NCBI RefSeq assembly: GCF_009834535.1
Contig: NC_045697.1
Span: 85,624,001-85,688,000, forward strand
Length of the DNA stretch: 64,000 nt
Source of the DNA: Camelus ferus
Lineage: Eukaryota
Reading direction: 5' to 3'
Below, piece after piece: positions 62,505 to 64,000 of this stretch (the stretch's first letter is position 1; each line of letters opens with the position of its first letter). The notes below the pieces were generated by a model, which searched no databases, was not told the DNA's origin, and saw only the letters and a list, made by a program, of their open reading frames with translations. A program made the position numbers and the translations under genes.

Positions 62505-63292
62505 AGAAAGATGCTCAACATCACTAATCATTAGGCAAATACAAATCAAAATCACAATGAAATACCATTCACTCCCATTAGGATGTCTACTATTAAAAAA
62601 AAAAAAACAGAAGATAACAAGTGTTGGTGAGAATGTAAATTAATTGGAACCATTGGGCACTGTTGGTAGGAATGTAAAATTGTACAACCACTATTAAAAA
62701 AAGTATGATGATTCCTCAAAAATTAAAAATAGAATGACCACATGACCCAGCAATTCTACTTCTGGGTAAATGTCCAAAAGAATTGAAAGCAAGGTCTTGA
62801 AGAGCTATTTGTATACCCATGTTTAGAGCAGCATTATTCACAAAAACAAAAAGGTGGAAACAGCTCAAGTGTCCATCGATGGATAGGTGGATAAACAAAA
62901 TTGGTATAGACATACCATGGGATATTATTCAGCCTTAAAAAGGAAGGAAATTCTGATGCATGCTACAACAAGGATGAACCTTGAGGAATTCTGCTAAGTG
63001 AAATAAGCCAGTCACAAAAAGACATGCTATATGGTTCACTTATCTGAGGTACCTATAGTAGTCAATTTCATAGAGATAGAATGTAGAATGGCTGTTGCCA
63101 GGAGTTAGGGGTACAGAGGATGGAGAGCTGCCATTTAACAGGTATAGAGTTTCAGTTTTGCAAGATGTAAAGAATTCTGAAGATTGGTTGCACAACAATG
63201 TGAATGTACTATCACTACTGAACTGTACACTTCAAAATGGTTAAAATAGTAAATTTTATGTTATGTATATTTGATCACAGTTTTTAAAAAAG
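62505..63292 (+). mobile_element. L1 3' end (L1MB-like)
   Basis: aagatgctcaacatcactaatcattagg...gacccagcaattctacttctggg...tgtgaatgtactatcactactgaactgtacactt. Confidence 0.92.
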
Positions 63293-63339
63293 GAAACAAT
63301 TGCATACATAATATCATTAGAACTATGCTTTATCTGCAT

Positions 63340-63520
63340 TATTTTATTTTATTTTTGCAATAACCATATGAGGCAGGGTTATTATTCTCATTTTATAAAT
63401 GAAAAAGGAGGGCGTAGAGAATATTCTGAAACTTGTTCCAGGTGACACAGCTGCAAACTGGTTGTTAGTTTCTCAAAATTCCAGGTGGTCAGACACTTAA
63501 ACCTGTGCTCTCCTTACTAC
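63340..63520 (-). mobile_element. MIR SINE
   Basis: ttattattctcattttataaatgaaaa...aacttgttccaggtgacacagct...cctgtgctctccttactac. Confidence 0.7.
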
Positions 63521-64000
63521 AGAGCAAAAAGCTGTAAACTTATTAGGAAAAAAACAAAAAGAAGGAGAGGCAGAGGATAGAGCCATGAGGTTGGTAATGA
63601 AGAAAGCCAGGCAGGTATCTATACCAGCAAGCCTAGATTATAGGAAGCTACAGCAACTAATCACAATATTTATCTACCAGCTTTCTGACAAGAAGGGAGT
63701 TAGGACCAAAAGGAAATTATTCAAAAAAGAAAGGAAGCATAGTGGTATGCCTGGAGAGATCAAGCTTTTTCTGGCTTTGAACTCTGGGAGGAATACACCA
63801 CATAAATCTTTATATAAGAAACACTGAAGTACATAATGAATGAGGTCTTCAGTAGCAATGGACATTCTGCATGTAACCATTCATAATAGTAAATGATGCA
63901 AGCTGATGACATAATTCAAGTCGTAGTTCTATAAAATGATTTTTATGGAAAACCAGAATAATAAAATGCAGGTATGCTGCTTTCTGGTGATTTGACTTGA

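Noticed and set aside
1..64000. CRISPR arrays, operons, intact retroelement ORFs, tRNA/rRNA genes, NUMTs
   Set aside because: None seen. There are no regularly spaced repeat-spacer units, no long intact ORF other than the QRFPR exons, and no recognisable structural RNA or mitochondrial sequence.

Overview
Mammalian genomic DNA, AT-rich and dense in interspersed repeats. A short SINE remnant and the young L1 3' ends look camelid, but that comes from recalled consensus sequences, not a search. The only supportable protein-coding gene is a complete six-exon QRFPR (GPR103, QRFP/26RFa receptor, class A GPCR) on the minus strand. Coding exons: 55836-55497, 26386-26228, 22788-22727, 19124-18889, 17372-17275 and 16514-16114, total 1296 nt = 431 aa + stop, all introns GT-AG. 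The gene has a CpG-island promoter and a ~29 kb first intron. The rest is intronic or intergenic, with L1, L2, CR1/L3, MIR, MaLR/ERVL LTRs, a decayed ERVL pol and hAT/Tigger MITEs. No prokaryotic-type system (CRISPR, operon) is present and I cannot demonstrate a new biological system. Best leads: (i) a TSD-flanked L1 5'UTR::ORF2 chimera in intron 2 that resembles a spliced retrotransposed element; (ii) an unexplained ~200 bp diverged direct repeat in intron 1; (iii) a TSD-flanked SINE lacking its tRNA body; (iv) an overlapping uORF at the QRFPR start; (v) a speculative chain of decayed exon-like segments downstream of QRFPR. Repeat family names are by-eye recognition and repeat boundaries are approximate unless a TSD or TIR is given.
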